From the sequence record NC_054918.1: a stretch of 64,000 bases of DNA, one strand, 5' to 3'. Below are positions 9,585 through 20,530 of the stretch, one piece after another; positions within the stretch are counted from its first letter, which is position 1, and each line of letters opens with the position of its first letter. Source of the DNA: Escherichia phage vB_EcoM_G4498. A program made the position numbers and the translations under genes. The notes under the pieces were generated by a model that was given only the letters and a program-made list of their open reading frames with translations, did no database searches and was not told the DNA's origin.

Positions 9585-10309
9585 TATAGTACCTTTAGTG
9601 TATTTTTAATTTTAGAAAAAAGTTCTTCAAGAGAACCATCGTTTGTAATTACTAAATCGCCATCACGAATTGGCAATCCAGCTTCTGTAATATGTGTATC
9701 ATTGGATTTTTGACCAGGACGAACTACATGAATTACTGTAGCACCCATCGCCCTAGCCGCATCCATTTCATGATCTTGACGGGTATCAGGAACGATATAA
9801 TAATCATAACCTGAGTTAAATTTATCAAGATAATCTAAAGCAAATAATTTTACCCAGTACATGCGGTCGAAGTTATTAACAATCAAATCCGTACCTAGGG
9901 CTTGCATCAGACGACGGACTGACCATTGATCTTCAATATTATTTATAACGTCAATAATCTTGTTAAATGCTACGGAATTAACTGATTCTTGTCCTTCGTC
10001 ATCAAAAACAAACACACCTTTAATTGGGCTTTTACCATTAAGATAGCAAAATGCTTGTTCCATAATGGTGATTACTTCTAATTTAGTCAGATTTAAATTA
10101 GTCTCACGATCATAGTCAATTCCTTCAAACTCTTTACGAGTTAAGCAAGGATAGTCAGTGTTTGCTGCAAATACTCCCCATGCATAAGCCAATGCATCCT
10201 TAATAGGACCAGCAAGTTGGTATTTAATTGCAGAATAATTGCTCATGATAAAATCAGCAGTAGTATCTTTTCCACTACGCTTTACACCGCTTAAAAAGAT
10301 TAGTTTCAT
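9584..10309 (-). CDS. 1: Deoxynucleoside monophosphate kinase (gp1)
   Basis: 241 aa from ATG 10307-10309 with GAGGAG RBS; P-loop-like LSGVKRSGKDT. Confidence 0.85.
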
Positions 10310-10358
10310 GTGTTTCTCCTCAAATTTAATTAAGATTATAACACACAAAACTGAAGCA

Positions 10359-10889
10359 TTAAACTTCTGCTATAATTTTTCCATCTTTTTCTACTTGAAA
10401 ATAGGTGTAAGGAATCGTTGCTGTACATACTAAAGCCGGGTCTGAATCTTCCGTGTAGCTAAATTCTACTTCAGACAGGTCAGAAACCCAAGGCTTATAA
10501 AAATTTATTGACATCACGATTTCAGTTTTGCTATTATCTAAGATGTAAAGCGTAATGTACTCAGGACCTGTTTTTTGGGCAGTATTTTCACCTGTAAGAT
10601 AGTTGCTAGTTCCTAGCATCCATTCATACATTCCTATCCATGACTTAAGTTCTTCATCAACTATAAATCTCACAATGAGTGGATCATACTCGAATGTAAC
10701 ACCTGGACGTTGTGCTCGGCCCAGTCCAAACGGCCCAGTCACGGTATCAGTAACAGGTATTCTAATTCCTGGAATAGGAACTGACTGAGCATTTAAAGTA
10801 AAAGCAGACGTAGTATTACTATGTGGTATTGATACTACAAAGTTAGTTGTATTTGCTTGGTTAAAAATTTGTTGCAGAGCTTGCGACAT
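10359..10889 (-). CDS. 3: Tail completion / sheath stabiliser protein gp3
   Basis: 176 aa from internal ATG 10887-10889 with GAGGAA RBS; synteny 1-3-2-4. Confidence 0.8.
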   Translation of the reverse strand: MSQALQQIFNQANTTNFVVSIPHSNTTSAFTLNAQSVPIPGIRIPVTDTVTGPFGLGRAQRPGVTFEYDPLIVRFIVDEELKSWIGMYEWMLGTSNYLTGENTAQKTGPEYITLYILDNSKTEIVMSINFYKPWVSDLSEVEFSYTEDSDPALVCTATIPYTYFQVEKDGKIIAEV

Positions 10890-10995
10890 ATATTCCTCAT
10901 AATGCTTTATAACTATTGGTGGTATAATGGGTCTAAGTCCCTTCCATTCAATTCCATTTAGAACAAACAACAGAAAAGAATGGAAGATAATAGAA

Positions 10996-11820
10996 TTAGA
11001 TATTTGACCAGACTTTGTTTGCAGAGAAACGTTTTCCTTTTGAAACGAACTGCTGAAGTGGCATTAACACAACGTTCGCCCAGTCTTTCGGGGCGATTTC
11101 AACAAGGCTACCCATAATATTACCAGGTATATATGCCTTAATCATTTGGTCTGCACCCCTAAATCCTTTCACTTGACTCCAATCAATTTTTAATTTCGTT
11201 TTATTAGTAATAGTAGGTGTATTTGCATATTGCTTTAAAAGCTCTTCTAGGAATTGCTGACGAGCTTTAGGTGGAATATAGTGCAAGTTCAATCCGTACA
11301 TTAAGTTATGCTTACCTAAACCAAGATAAATTATCAAAGGAAATTTATCCCAGTAAGGAAGAGTTTCCTTGTGTTTAGCATCATAAGCAAAAGCATATAT
11401 TCGTCCCGGCTGCGGGCGAACAACTTTATGTCCTTTTACTTGCTTAATAGTTTCAGCAAACCACTTTCTGGTTTTATTATTAATTGCTGCACCTTCATTA
11501 CGAATTTTATCGCGCAATGTTTGTCTGAATGAATTTATCATAAGCAGTTGTCTTTCTTGCTTATTGAGTTTATTCATTGGTTTTGATTCAAGCTTTTGAA
11601 TCTTTTCAGCTGTTTTAATTCCTGAAGCATATTTTGACATTGCCGAAGTAAACGTAGAATATTTAATTCCTCTTTCTTCAGCAAATTGCTTTCCTGTCAT
11701 TCCTTTTGCTTTGGCCTTTTTGTATTCAAGACCTATCTGAATCCATTTCTTTTCGTTTAATGATTGCTTAACCTTTGGAACTTGGGGAGTGCTTTCATTA
11801 ATTATTTGAAAAATAGCCAT
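10996..11820 (-). CDS. 2: DNA end protector protein gp2
   Basis: 274 aa; TAATG overlap with gene 4 stop; synteny. Confidence 0.85.
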
Positions 11821-12272
11821 TATGCCCCCTTAAAGCCAAGAGCTCGTAATCCATCTTCTGTTAGAATTCTAAATTTTATTCCACGCTTTTCAGCTAAAGA
11901 TTGTGCTGCTTTCCATTTGTCAGTATTAACAGAATATGTATAAATTTCATTCATAAATCTTTTCTTCGCTGCAGTTGTTAGATGTGCCGGTTTAACTGGT
12001 GGTTGTGTTTCTTTTTTAGGTTTTATTTCAATAAAAAATTCTTGTCCAGAAGAATCTTTCATCCAAATATCCATGAAGTATCTACGTTTTTTCCCTTCTG
12101 CATTACAAAAATAAGGAATTACTGCTGTTTCACTACCCCATGCAATAATTTCTGGATTTTTATCTAACCATTCAAAAAAGAATTTTTCCCAATTTGATCT
12201 ATACGTAATTTTTTTAGGGTCACCTCTATATTTTGATATATTTTTAGGAACCCATTTTCCAGAATATGCCAT
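11820..12272 (-). CDS. 4: Head completion protein gp4
   Basis: 150 aa; synteny; late promoter about 26 nt upstream. Confidence 0.85.
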
Positions 12273-12283
12273 TGGATTCTCCT

Positions 12284-12291
12284 TATAAATA
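12284..12291 (+). promoter_or_regulatory. T4 late promoter TATAAATA (gene 53)
   Basis: exact TATAAATA about 29 nt upstream of gene 53 ATG. Confidence 0.7.
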
Positions 12292-12298
12292 GATAATA

Positions 12299-12306
12299 TA
12301 TTTATA
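12299..12306 (-). promoter_or_regulatory. T4 late promoter TATAAATA on minus strand (gene 4)
   Basis: plus-strand TATTTATA is the reverse complement of TATAAATA; divergent with the gene 53 promoter. Confidence 0.65.
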
Positions 12307-12319
12307 AACAGGAGGGCCC

Positions 12320-12910
12320 ATGCTCTTTACATTTTTTGATCCGATTGAATATGCGGCCAAAACGGTGAATAAAAACGCGCCGACTATTCCTATGACAGAT
12401 ATTTTTAGAAACTATAAAGACTATTTTAAACGTGCTCTTGCGGGATACCGCTTACGTACTTATTATATTAAAGGTTCACCACGCCCGGAAGAATTAGCAA
12501 ATACTATATATGGAAATCCACAGTTATATTGGGTTTTATTGATGTGTAATGATAATTATGATCCGTATTATGGATGGATTACTTCACAAGAAGCAGCTTA
12601 TCAAGCATCTATACAAAAATACAAAAATGTAGGTGGAGACCAAATAGTATATCATGTGAATGAGAACGGTGAAAAATTTTATAATTTAATATCATACGAT
12701 GATAATCCACATGTTTGGTATGATAAAGGCGATAAAGCTAGAAAATATCCTCAATATGAAGGAGCGCTTGCTGCGGTCGATACGTATGAAGCGGCTGTTC
12801 TTGAAAATGAAAAACTTCGTCAAATAAAAATAATAGCAAAATCAGACATCAATTCATTTATGAACGACCTTATACGTATAATGGAGAAATCTTATGGAAA
12901 TGATAAGTAA
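12320..12910 (+). CDS. 53: Baseplate wedge protein gp53
   Basis: 196 aa; synteny 4-53-5. Confidence 0.88.
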   Translation: MLFTFFDPIEYAAKTVNKNAPTIPMTDIFRNYKDYFKRALAGYRLRTYYIKGSPRPEELANTIYGNPQLYWVLLMCNDNYDPYYGWITSQEAAYQASIQKYKNVGGDQIVYHVNENGEKFYNLISYDDNPHVWYDKGDKARKYPQYEGALAAVDTYEAAVLENEKLRQIKIIAKSDINSFMNDLIRIMEKSYGNDK

Positions 12911-14621
12911 TAACCTTAATTGGTTTGTTGGTGTTGTTGAAGATAGAATGGACCCATTAAAATTAGGTCGTGTTCGTGTTCGTGTGGTTGGTCTGCATCC
13001 ACCTCAAAGAGCACAAGGTGATGTAATGGGTATTCCAACTGAAAAATTACCATGGATGTCAGTTATTCAACCTATAACTTCTGCAGCAATGTCAGGAATT
13101 GGAGGTTCTGTTACAGGGCCAGTAGAAGGAACTAGAGTTTATGGTCATTTTTTAGACAAATGGAAAACTAACGGAATTGTCCTTGGCACGTATGGTGGAA
13201 TAGTTCGCGAAAAACCGAATAGACTTGAAGGATTTTCTGACCCAACTGGGCAGTATCCTAGACGTTTAGGAAATGATACTAACGTACTAAACCAAGGCGG
13301 AGAAGTAGGATATGATTCCTCTTCTAACGTTATTCAAGATAGTAACTTAGACACCGCAATAAATCCCGATGATAGACCACTATCAGAGATTCCAACCGAT
13401 GATAATCCAAATATGTCAATGGCTGAAATGCTTCGCCGTGATGAAGGATTAAGATTAAAAGTTTATTGGGATACCGAAGGATATCCGACAATTGGTATTG
13501 GTCATCTTATCATGAAACAGCCAGTTCGTGATATGGCTCAAATTAATAAAGTTTTATCAAAACAAGTTGGTCGTGAAATTACTGGAAACCCAGGTTCTAT
13601 TACGATGGAAGAGGCGACGACTTTATTTGAGCGTGATTTGGCTGATATGCAACGTGACATTAAATCACATTCTAAAGTAGGACCAGTCTGGCAAGCTGTC
13701 AACCGTTCTCGTCAAATGGCGTTAGAAAATATGGCATTTCAGATGGGTGTTGGTGGTGTAGCTAAATTTAACACAATGTTAACTGCTATGTTAGCAGGAG
13801 ATTGGGAAAAAGCATATAAAGCCGGTCGTGATTCATTGTGGTATCAACAAACAAAAGGCCGTGCATCCCGTGTTACTATGATTATTCTTACGGGAAATTT
13901 GGAATCATACGGTGTTGAAGTGAAAACTCCAGCTAGGTCTCTATCGGCAATGGCTGCTACTGTAGCTAAATCTTCTGACCCGGCTGATCCTCCTATTCCA
14001 AATGACTCGAGAATTTTATTCAAAGAACCAGTTTCTTCATATAAAGGTGAATATCCATATGTTCACACAATGGAAACTGAAAGCGGTCATATTCAAGAAT
14101 TTGATGATACCCCTGGGCAAGAACGATACAGATTAGTTCATCCAACTGGAACTTATGAAGAAGTATCACCGTCAGGAAGAAGAACAAGAAAAACTGTTGA
14201 TAATTTGTATGATATAACCAACGCTGATGGTAATTTTTTGGTAGCCGGTGATAAAAAGACTAACGTCGGTGGATCAGAAATTTATTACAACATGGATAAT
14301 CGTCTTCACCAAATAGATGGAAGCAATACAATATTTGTACGTGGCGACGAAACTAAGACGGTTGAAGGTAATGGAACTATTCTAGTTAAAGGTAATGTTA
14401 CTATTGTAGTTGAAGGCAATGCTGACATTACAGTTAAAGGAGATGCTACCACTTTAGTTGAAGGAAATCAAACTAATACAGTAAATGGAAATCTTTCTTG
14501 GAAAGTTGCTGGGACAGTTGATTGGGACGTTGGTGGTGATTGGACAGAAAAAATGGCATCTATGAGTTCTATTTCATCTGGTCAATACACAATTGATGGA
14601 TCGAGGATTGACATTGGCTAA
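12894..14621 (+). CDS. 5: Baseplate central spike / tail lysozyme gp5
   Basis: 575 aa; internal lysozyme domain MAEMLRRDEGLRLKVYWDTEGYPTIGIGHL paralogous to e. Confidence 0.95.
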   Translation: MEMISNNLNWFVGVVEDRMDPLKLGRVRVRVVGLHPPQRAQGDVMGIPTEKLPWMSVIQPITSAAMSGIGGSVTGPVEGTRVYGHFLDKWKTNGIVLGTYGGIVREKPNRLEGFSDPTGQYPRRLGNDTNVLNQGGEVGYDSSSNVIQDSNLDTAINPDDRPLSEIPTDDNPNMSMAEMLRRDEGLRLKVYWDTEGYPTIGIGHLIMKQPVRDMAQINKVLSKQVGREITGNPGSITMEEATTLFERDLADMQRDIKSHSKVGPVWQAVNRSRQMALENMAFQMGVGGVAKFNTMLTAMLAGDWEKAYKAGRDSLWYQQTKGRASRVTMIILTGNLESYGVEVKTPARSLSAMAATVAKSSDPADPPIPNDSRILFKEPVSSYKGEYPYVHTMETESGHIQEFDDTPGQERYRLVHPTGTYEEVSPSGRRTRKTVDNLYDITNADGNFLVAGDKKTNVGGSEIYYNMDNRLHQIDGSNTIFVRGDETKTVEGNGTILVKGNVTIVVEGNADITVKGDATTLVEGNQTNTVNGNLSWKVAGTVDWDVGGDWTEKMASMSSISSGQYTIDGSRIDIG

Positions 14622-14655
14622 TATACTTCCAATGAGCGCTGATTTAGGAGAATCC

Positions 14656-15150
14656 ATGGAAGGTTCTTCTATCGACGTCACCTTTACCGCTCAATTAGAA
14701 ACAGGTGAAACGTTAGTATCTATAAATATAACTAGTTACGAAGAAACTCCTGGAGTTTCAGTAGAAGAAAATCGCTTATATGGAACGTATGAATCTGTAT
14801 TTGGATTTGGAAATGACGCATTGAAATATCGTTTAGATGATGAATTTAAAACTGCTGCTTCATGGGAAGACCTTCCAACTGATTCTAATACTCAGTTATA
14901 TTTATGGAAAGCTCCTCAAAACCTCCAGAAGACATTCACTTATGAAGTAACATTAATATATGACTACCAAGAACAAAGTGAATCTGGAGGTTCTGGCAGT
15001 AATTCTAGGTCATCTTCTGATACTACTGAACCAACCGATCCTCCAGCTCCAATAAGAAAAACCCTTGTTAAAAATTACACAAAAACTATAGTTGGAAATT
15101 GGAGTCGTTGGGCTAATAAATTGAGAAGCTATGTATATGAGAGGCCATAA
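14656..15150 (+). CDS. Hypothetical protein downstream of gene 5 (5.1-like), about 164 aa
   Basis: ATG at 14656 preceded by TAGGAGAA RBS; track start at 14593 overlaps gene 5. Confidence 0.65.
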
Positions 15151-15444
15151 ATGTCAGGATTAAGTTATGATAAGTGTGTTACTGCTGGCCATGAAGCGTG
15201 GCCTCCAACAGTTGTGAATGCTACACAAAGCAAAGTATTCACTGGAGGAATTGCTGTTCTAGTAGCAGGCGATCCAATTACAGAACATACAGAAATTAAA
15301 AAGCCATATGAAACACATGGCGGAGTGACACAACCTAGAACTTCTAAGGTATATGTCACTGGAAAGAAAGCTGTTCAAATGGCTGATCCAATATCATGTG
15401 GTGATACTGTGGCTCAGGCATCATCTAAAGTATTCATTAAATAG
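15151..15444 (+). CDS. 5.4: PAAR-repeat spike tip protein gp5.4
   Basis: 97 aa Gly-rich protein directly after gene 5 / 5.1. Confidence 0.85.
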
Positions 15445-15452
15445 GATTTAAA

Positions 15453-17435
15453 ATGGCAAATACCCCTGTAAATTATCAATTAACAAGAACAGCAAATGCT
15501 ATTCCCGAGATATTCGTCGGGGGTACGTTTGCTGAAATAAAACAAAACCTCATTGAATGGCTTAATGGCCAAAATGAATTTTTGGATTATGATTTTGAAG
15601 GCTCAAGATTAAACGTTCTGTGTGACCTTTTAGCTTATAATACATTATACATTCAACAGTTTGGTAATGCTGCTGTGTATGAAAGCTTTATGCGTACTGC
15701 TAACTTACGAAGTTCAGTTGTTCAAGCTGCACAAGATAATGGATATTTACCTACTTCAAAATCCGCTGCGCAGACCGAAATTATGTTAACATGCACCGAC
15801 GCATTGAATAGGAATTATATTACAATTCCTCGCGGAACTCGCTTTTTAGCATATGCAAAAGATACTTCTGTTAATCCATATAACTTCGTTTCTACCGAAG
15901 ACGTTATTGCTATTCGTGATAAAAATAACCAATATTTTCCGCGTTTAAAATTGGCCCAGGGACGTATAGTAAGAACTGAAATCATTTATGATAAATTAAC
16001 GCCTATTATCATTTATGATAAAAATATTGATAGAAACCAGGTTAAATTATATGTTGATGGAGCGGAATGGATTAACTGGACGAGAAAGTCAATGGTTCAT
16101 GCTGGTTCTACATCAACAATTTATTATATGCGTGAAACTATTGATGGAAACACTGAATTCTATTTTGGCGAAGGTGAAATTTCTGTTAATGCTTCTGAAG
16201 GAGCTTTGACTGCTAATTATATTGGAGGTCTTAAACCTACTCAGAACTCTACGATTGTTATTGAGTACATTAGTACTAATGGTGCTGACGCGAACGGAGC
16301 AGTCGGATTTTCATACGCAGATACATTAACAAATATAACTGTCATCAATATTAATGAAAATCCAAACGGTGACCCAGATTTTGTTGGAGCAGATGGAGGT
16401 GGTGATCCAGAAGATATTGAGCGTATTCGCGAATTGGGTACTATTAAACGCGAAACCCAGCAACGATGCGTAACTGCGACTGACTATGATACATTCGTTT
16501 CAGAGAGATTCGGTTCTATTATTCAGGCAGTTCAGACTTTCACTGATTCTACTAAACCCGGGTATGCATTTATTGCTGCTAAACCTAAATCAGGACTGTA
16601 TTTAACTACCGTACAGCGTGAAGATATTAAAAATTATCTCAAAGACTATAATTTGGCTCCTATTACACCATCAATTATTTCTCCTAATTATCTTTTTATT
16701 AAGACTAATTTAAAAGTCACATATGCTTTAAATAAACTGCAAGAATCCGAGCAGTGGCTTGAAGGTCAAATAATTGATAAAATTGATCGCTATTATACCG
16801 AAGATGTAGAAATTTTTAACTCGTCTTTCGCTAAATCTAAGATGTTAACTTATGTAGATGATGCAGATCATTCTGTCATTGGTTCATCAGCGACTATTCA
16901 AATGGTTCGTGAAGTACAAAACTTCTATAAAACACCTGAAGCAGGTATTAAATACAATAATCAAATAAAAGATCGTTCTATGGAATCTAATACGTTTTCA
17001 TTTAATTCTGGACGAAAGGTTGTAAATCCTGATACTGGTTTAGAAGAAGATGTATTATATGACGTTCGTATAGTATCAACAGACCGAGATTCTAAAGGAA
17101 TTGGTAAAGTTATTATTGGTCCATTTGCTTCTGGCGATGTTACAGAAAATGAAAACATTCAGCCATATACAGGCAATGATTTTAATAAATTAGCAAATTC
17201 TGATGGACGCGACAAATACTATGTTATCGGTGAAATAAATTATCCGGCTGACATGATTTATTGGAATATCGCTAAAATTAATTTAACATCTGAAAAATTT
17301 GAGGTTCAGACTATTGAATTATATTCTGACCCAACCGATGATGTTATCTTTACCCGTGATGGTTCACTGATTGTATTTGAAAATGATTTACGTCCACAAT
17401 ACTTAACTATCGATTTGGAGCCTATATCACAATGA
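15453..17435 (+). CDS. 6: Baseplate wedge protein gp6
   Basis: 660 aa; synteny. Confidence 0.92.
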   Translation: MANTPVNYQLTRTANAIPEIFVGGTFAEIKQNLIEWLNGQNEFLDYDFEGSRLNVLCDLLAYNTLYIQQFGNAAVYESFMRTANLRSSVVQAAQDNGYLPTSKSAAQTEIMLTCTDALNRNYITIPRGTRFLAYAKDTSVNPYNFVSTEDVIAIRDKNNQYFPRLKLAQGRIVRTEIIYDKLTPIIIYDKNIDRNQVKLYVDGAEWINWTRKSMVHAGSTSTIYYMRETIDGNTEFYFGEGEISVNASEGALTANYIGGLKPTQNSTIVIEYISTNGADANGAVGFSYADTLTNITVININENPNGDPDFVGADGGGDPEDIERIRELGTIKRETQQRCVTATDYDTFVSERFGSIIQAVQTFTDSTKPGYAFIAAKPKSGLYLTTVQREDIKNYLKDYNLAPITPSIISPNYLFIKTNLKVTYALNKLQESEQWLEGQIIDKIDRYYTEDVEIFNSSFAKSKMLTYVDDADHSVIGSSATIQMVREVQNFYKTPEAGIKYNNQIKDRSMESNTFSFNSGRKVVNPDTGLEEDVLYDVRIVSTDRDSKGIGKVIIGPFASGDVTENENIQPYTGNDFNKLANSDGRDKYYVIGEINYPADMIYWNIAKINLTSEKFEVQTIELYSDPTDDVIFTRDGSLIVFENDLRPQYLTIDLEPISQ

Positions 17436-20400
17436 CAGTAAAAGCACCTTCAGTCACTAGTCTCAGAATTTCCAAGTTATCCGCAAATCAGGTGCAAGTA
17501 CGCTGGGATGACGTTGGTGCTAATTTCTACTATTTTGTAGAAATCGCTGAGACAAAAACAGACTCGGGGGAAAATCTCCCGAGTAATCAATACCGATGGA
17601 TTAATTTAGGATATACAGCAAATAATAGTTTCTTTTTTGATGATGCTGATCCACTAACATCATACATCATTAGAGTAGCTACGGCGGCGCAAGATTTTGA
17701 GCAGTCTGATTGGGTTTATACAGAAGAGTTTGAAACTTTTGCTACGAATGCTTATACATTTCAAAACATGATTGAAATGCAATTAGCCAATAAATTCATT
17801 CAGGAAAAATTTACTCTTAATAATTCTGATTATGTTAATTTTAATAATGATACTATAATGGCTGCATTGATGAATGAATCGTTCCAATTCAGCCCATCAT
17901 ATGTTGATGTTTCATCAATCAGTAATTTTATTATTGGTGAAAATGAGTATCATGAAATACAAGGTTCCATTCAGCAAGTATGTAAGGATATTAACCGAGT
18001 TTATTTGATGGAATCAGAAGGGATTCTATATCTTTTTGAGCGCTATCAACCCGTAGTTAAAGTATCTAATGATAAAGGACAAACCTGGAAAGCTGTAAAG
18101 CTCTTCAATGACCGTGTAGGATATCCTTTATCTAAGACAGTATATTACCAATCTGCAAACACAACATACGTTCTAGGATACGACAAGATTTTCTACGGCC
18201 GCAAATCTACTGATGTTAGATGGTCAGCTGATGATGTCAGATTTAGTTCACAGGATATAACATTCGCTAAACTTGGTGACCAATTGCATCTAGGATTTGA
18301 TGTAGAAATTTTTGCCACTTATGCGACTTTACCAGCTAATGTATACCGCATTGCAGAAGCTATTACTTGCACGGATGATTATATCTATGTTGTTGCCAGA
18401 GATAAAGTTAGATACATAAAAACGAGTAATGCACCTATAGATTCTGACCCATTATCTCCAACATATTCGGAAAGACTTTTTGAACCTGATACTATGACTA
18501 TAACCGGAAATCCTAAAGCAGTATGCTATAAAATGGATTCTATCGGTGATAAAGTTTTTGCTCTTATTATTGGTGAAGTTGAAACATTAAATGCCAATCC
18601 GAGAACTTCAAAAATAATTGATTCTACTGATAAAGGAATATATGTTTTAAATCATGACGAAAAGACATGGAAAAGAGTTTTCGGTAATACCGAAGAAGAA
18701 AGAAGACGTATTCAACCCGGATATGCGAATATGTCAACTGACGGTAAATTAGTTTCTCTGTCTTCGAGTAATTTTAAATTTTTAAGTGATAATGTTGTTA
18801 ATGACCCTGAAACTGTGGTGAAATATCAGTTAATCGGTGCTGTTAAATATGAATTTCCTCGTGAATGGTTAGCTGATAAGCATTATCATATGATGGCATT
18901 TATAGCGGATGAAAAATCTGATTGGGAGACTTTTACTCCTCAACCAATGAAATACTACGCAGAACCGTTCTTTAACTGGTCTAAAAAATCTAACACACGT
19001 TGTTGGATAAACAACTCTGATAGAGCTGTAGTAGTTTATGCTGATTTAAAATACACCAAAGTTATAGAAAATATTCCGGAAACATCACCAGATAGATTAG
19101 TTCATGAATATTGGGATGATGGTGATTGTACTATAGTAATGCCAAATGTTAAATTCACTGGATTTAAAAAATACGCATCAGGAATGCTTTTCTACAAATC
19201 CTCTGGTGAAATAATTTCTTACTATGATTTTAACTATCGTGTGAGAGATACAGTAGAAATTATTTGGAAGCCAACTGAAGTATTTTTAAAAGCATTTTTA
19301 CAAAACCAAGAGCATGAGACTCCTTGGTCACCAGAAGAAGAGCATGGATTAGCTGATCCTGATTTAAGACCATTGATTGGCACAATGATGCCTGATTCTT
19401 ATTTGCTACAGGATTCGAATTTTGAGGCATTTTGCGAAGCATATATTCAGTATCTTTCTGATGGATATGGAACTCAGTACAATAATTTACGAAATTTAAT
19501 TCGTAATCAGTATCCTAGAGAAGAACATGCGTGGGAATATCTGTGGTCAGAGATATATAAAAGAAACATTTATTTGAACGCGGATAAGCGAGATGCTGTA
19601 GCAAGATTTTTTGAATCACGCAGTTATGATTTTTATTCTACTAAAGGAATTGAAGCATCATACAAGTTTCTTTTTAAAGTTCTTTATAATGAAGAAGTTG
19701 AAATTGAAATTGAATCTGGGGCTGGTACTGAATATGACATAATCGTTCAATCTGATTCTTTGACTGAAGATTTAGTAGGACAAACGATTTATACAGCCAC
19801 AGGAAGATGTAATGTTACTTATATAGAAAGAAGCTATTCTAATGGTAAATTGCAATGGACCGTAACTATTCATAATCTTTTGGGAAGATTAATTGCTGGT
19901 CAAGAAGTTAAAGCAGAAAGACTCCCTAGTTTTGAAGGCGAAATTATTCGTGGAGTTAAAGGAAAGGATTTGCTTCAAAACAATATAGACTATATTAATA
20001 GAAGTAGATCATACTATGTAATGAAAATTAAATCCAATTTGCCTTCTTCCCGCTGGAAATCTGACGTTATTCGTTTTGTTCATCCAGTAGGATTTGGATT
20101 TATAGCAATTACCCTTTTAACGATGTTTATTAATGTTGGTTTAACTCTTAAACATACAGAGACTATAATTAATAAATACAAAAACTATAAATGGGATTCT
20201 GGATTACCTACTGAATATGCTGATAGAGTAGCTAAATTAACTCCAACCGGTGAAATTGAGCATGATTCAGTAACAGGTGAAGCAATTTATGAGCCTGGCC
20301 CAATGGCTGGTGTAGAATATCCTCTTCCTGATGACTATAATGCTGAAAATAATAATTCAATATTTCAAGGTCAATTGCCGTCTGAACGACGTAAATTAAT

Positions 20401-20530
20401 GAGTCCCCTATTTGATGCTTCTGGAACAACATTTGCGCAATTTAGAGATTTAGTTAATAAACGTCTAAAAGACAATATAGGAAATCCAAGAGACCCTGAA
20501 AATCCAACACAGGTTAAAATAGATGAATGA
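17432..20530 (+). CDS. 7: Baseplate wedge initiator gp7
   Basis: 1032 aa; synteny; ATGA overlap with gene 6. Confidence 0.92.
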   Translation: MTVKAPSVTSLRISKLSANQVQVRWDDVGANFYYFVEIAETKTDSGENLPSNQYRWINLGYTANNSFFFDDADPLTSYIIRVATAAQDFEQSDWVYTEEFETFATNAYTFQNMIEMQLANKFIQEKFTLNNSDYVNFNNDTIMAALMNESFQFSPSYVDVSSISNFIIGENEYHEIQGSIQQVCKDINRVYLMESEGILYLFERYQPVVKVSNDKGQTWKAVKLFNDRVGYPLSKTVYYQSANTTYVLGYDKIFYGRKSTDVRWSADDVRFSSQDITFAKLGDQLHLGFDVEIFATYATLPANVYRIAEAITCTDDYIYVVARDKVRYIKTSNAPIDSDPLSPTYSERLFEPDTMTITGNPKAVCYKMDSIGDKVFALIIGEVETLNANPRTSKIIDSTDKGIYVLNHDEKTWKRVFGNTEEERRRIQPGYANMSTDGKLVSLSSSNFKFLSDNVVNDPETVVKYQLIGAVKYEFPREWLADKHYHMMAFIADEKSDWETFTPQPMKYYAEPFFNWSKKSNTRCWINNSDRAVVVYADLKYTKVIENIPETSPDRLVHEYWDDGDCTIVMPNVKFTGFKKYASGMLFYKSSGEIISYYDFNYRVRDTVEIIWKPTEVFLKAFLQNQEHETPWSPEEEHGLADPDLRPLIGTMMPDSYLLQDSNFEAFCEAYIQYLSDGYGTQYNNLRNLIRNQYPREEHAWEYLWSEIYKRNIYLNADKRDAVARFFESRSYDFYSTKGIEASYKFLFKVLYNEEVEIEIESGAGTEYDIIVQSDSLTEDLVGQTIYTATGRCNVTYIERSYSNGKLQWTVTIHNLLGRLIAGQEVKAERLPSFEGEIIRGVKGKDLLQNNIDYINRSRSYYVMKIKSNLPSSRWKSDVIRFVHPVGFGFIAITLLTMFINVGLTLKHTETIINKYKNYKWDSGLPTEYADRVAKLTPTGEIEHDSVTGEAIYEPGPMAGVEYPLPDDYNAENNNSIFQGQLPSERRKLMSPLFDASGTTFAQFRDLVNKRLKDNIGNPRDPENPTQVKIDE

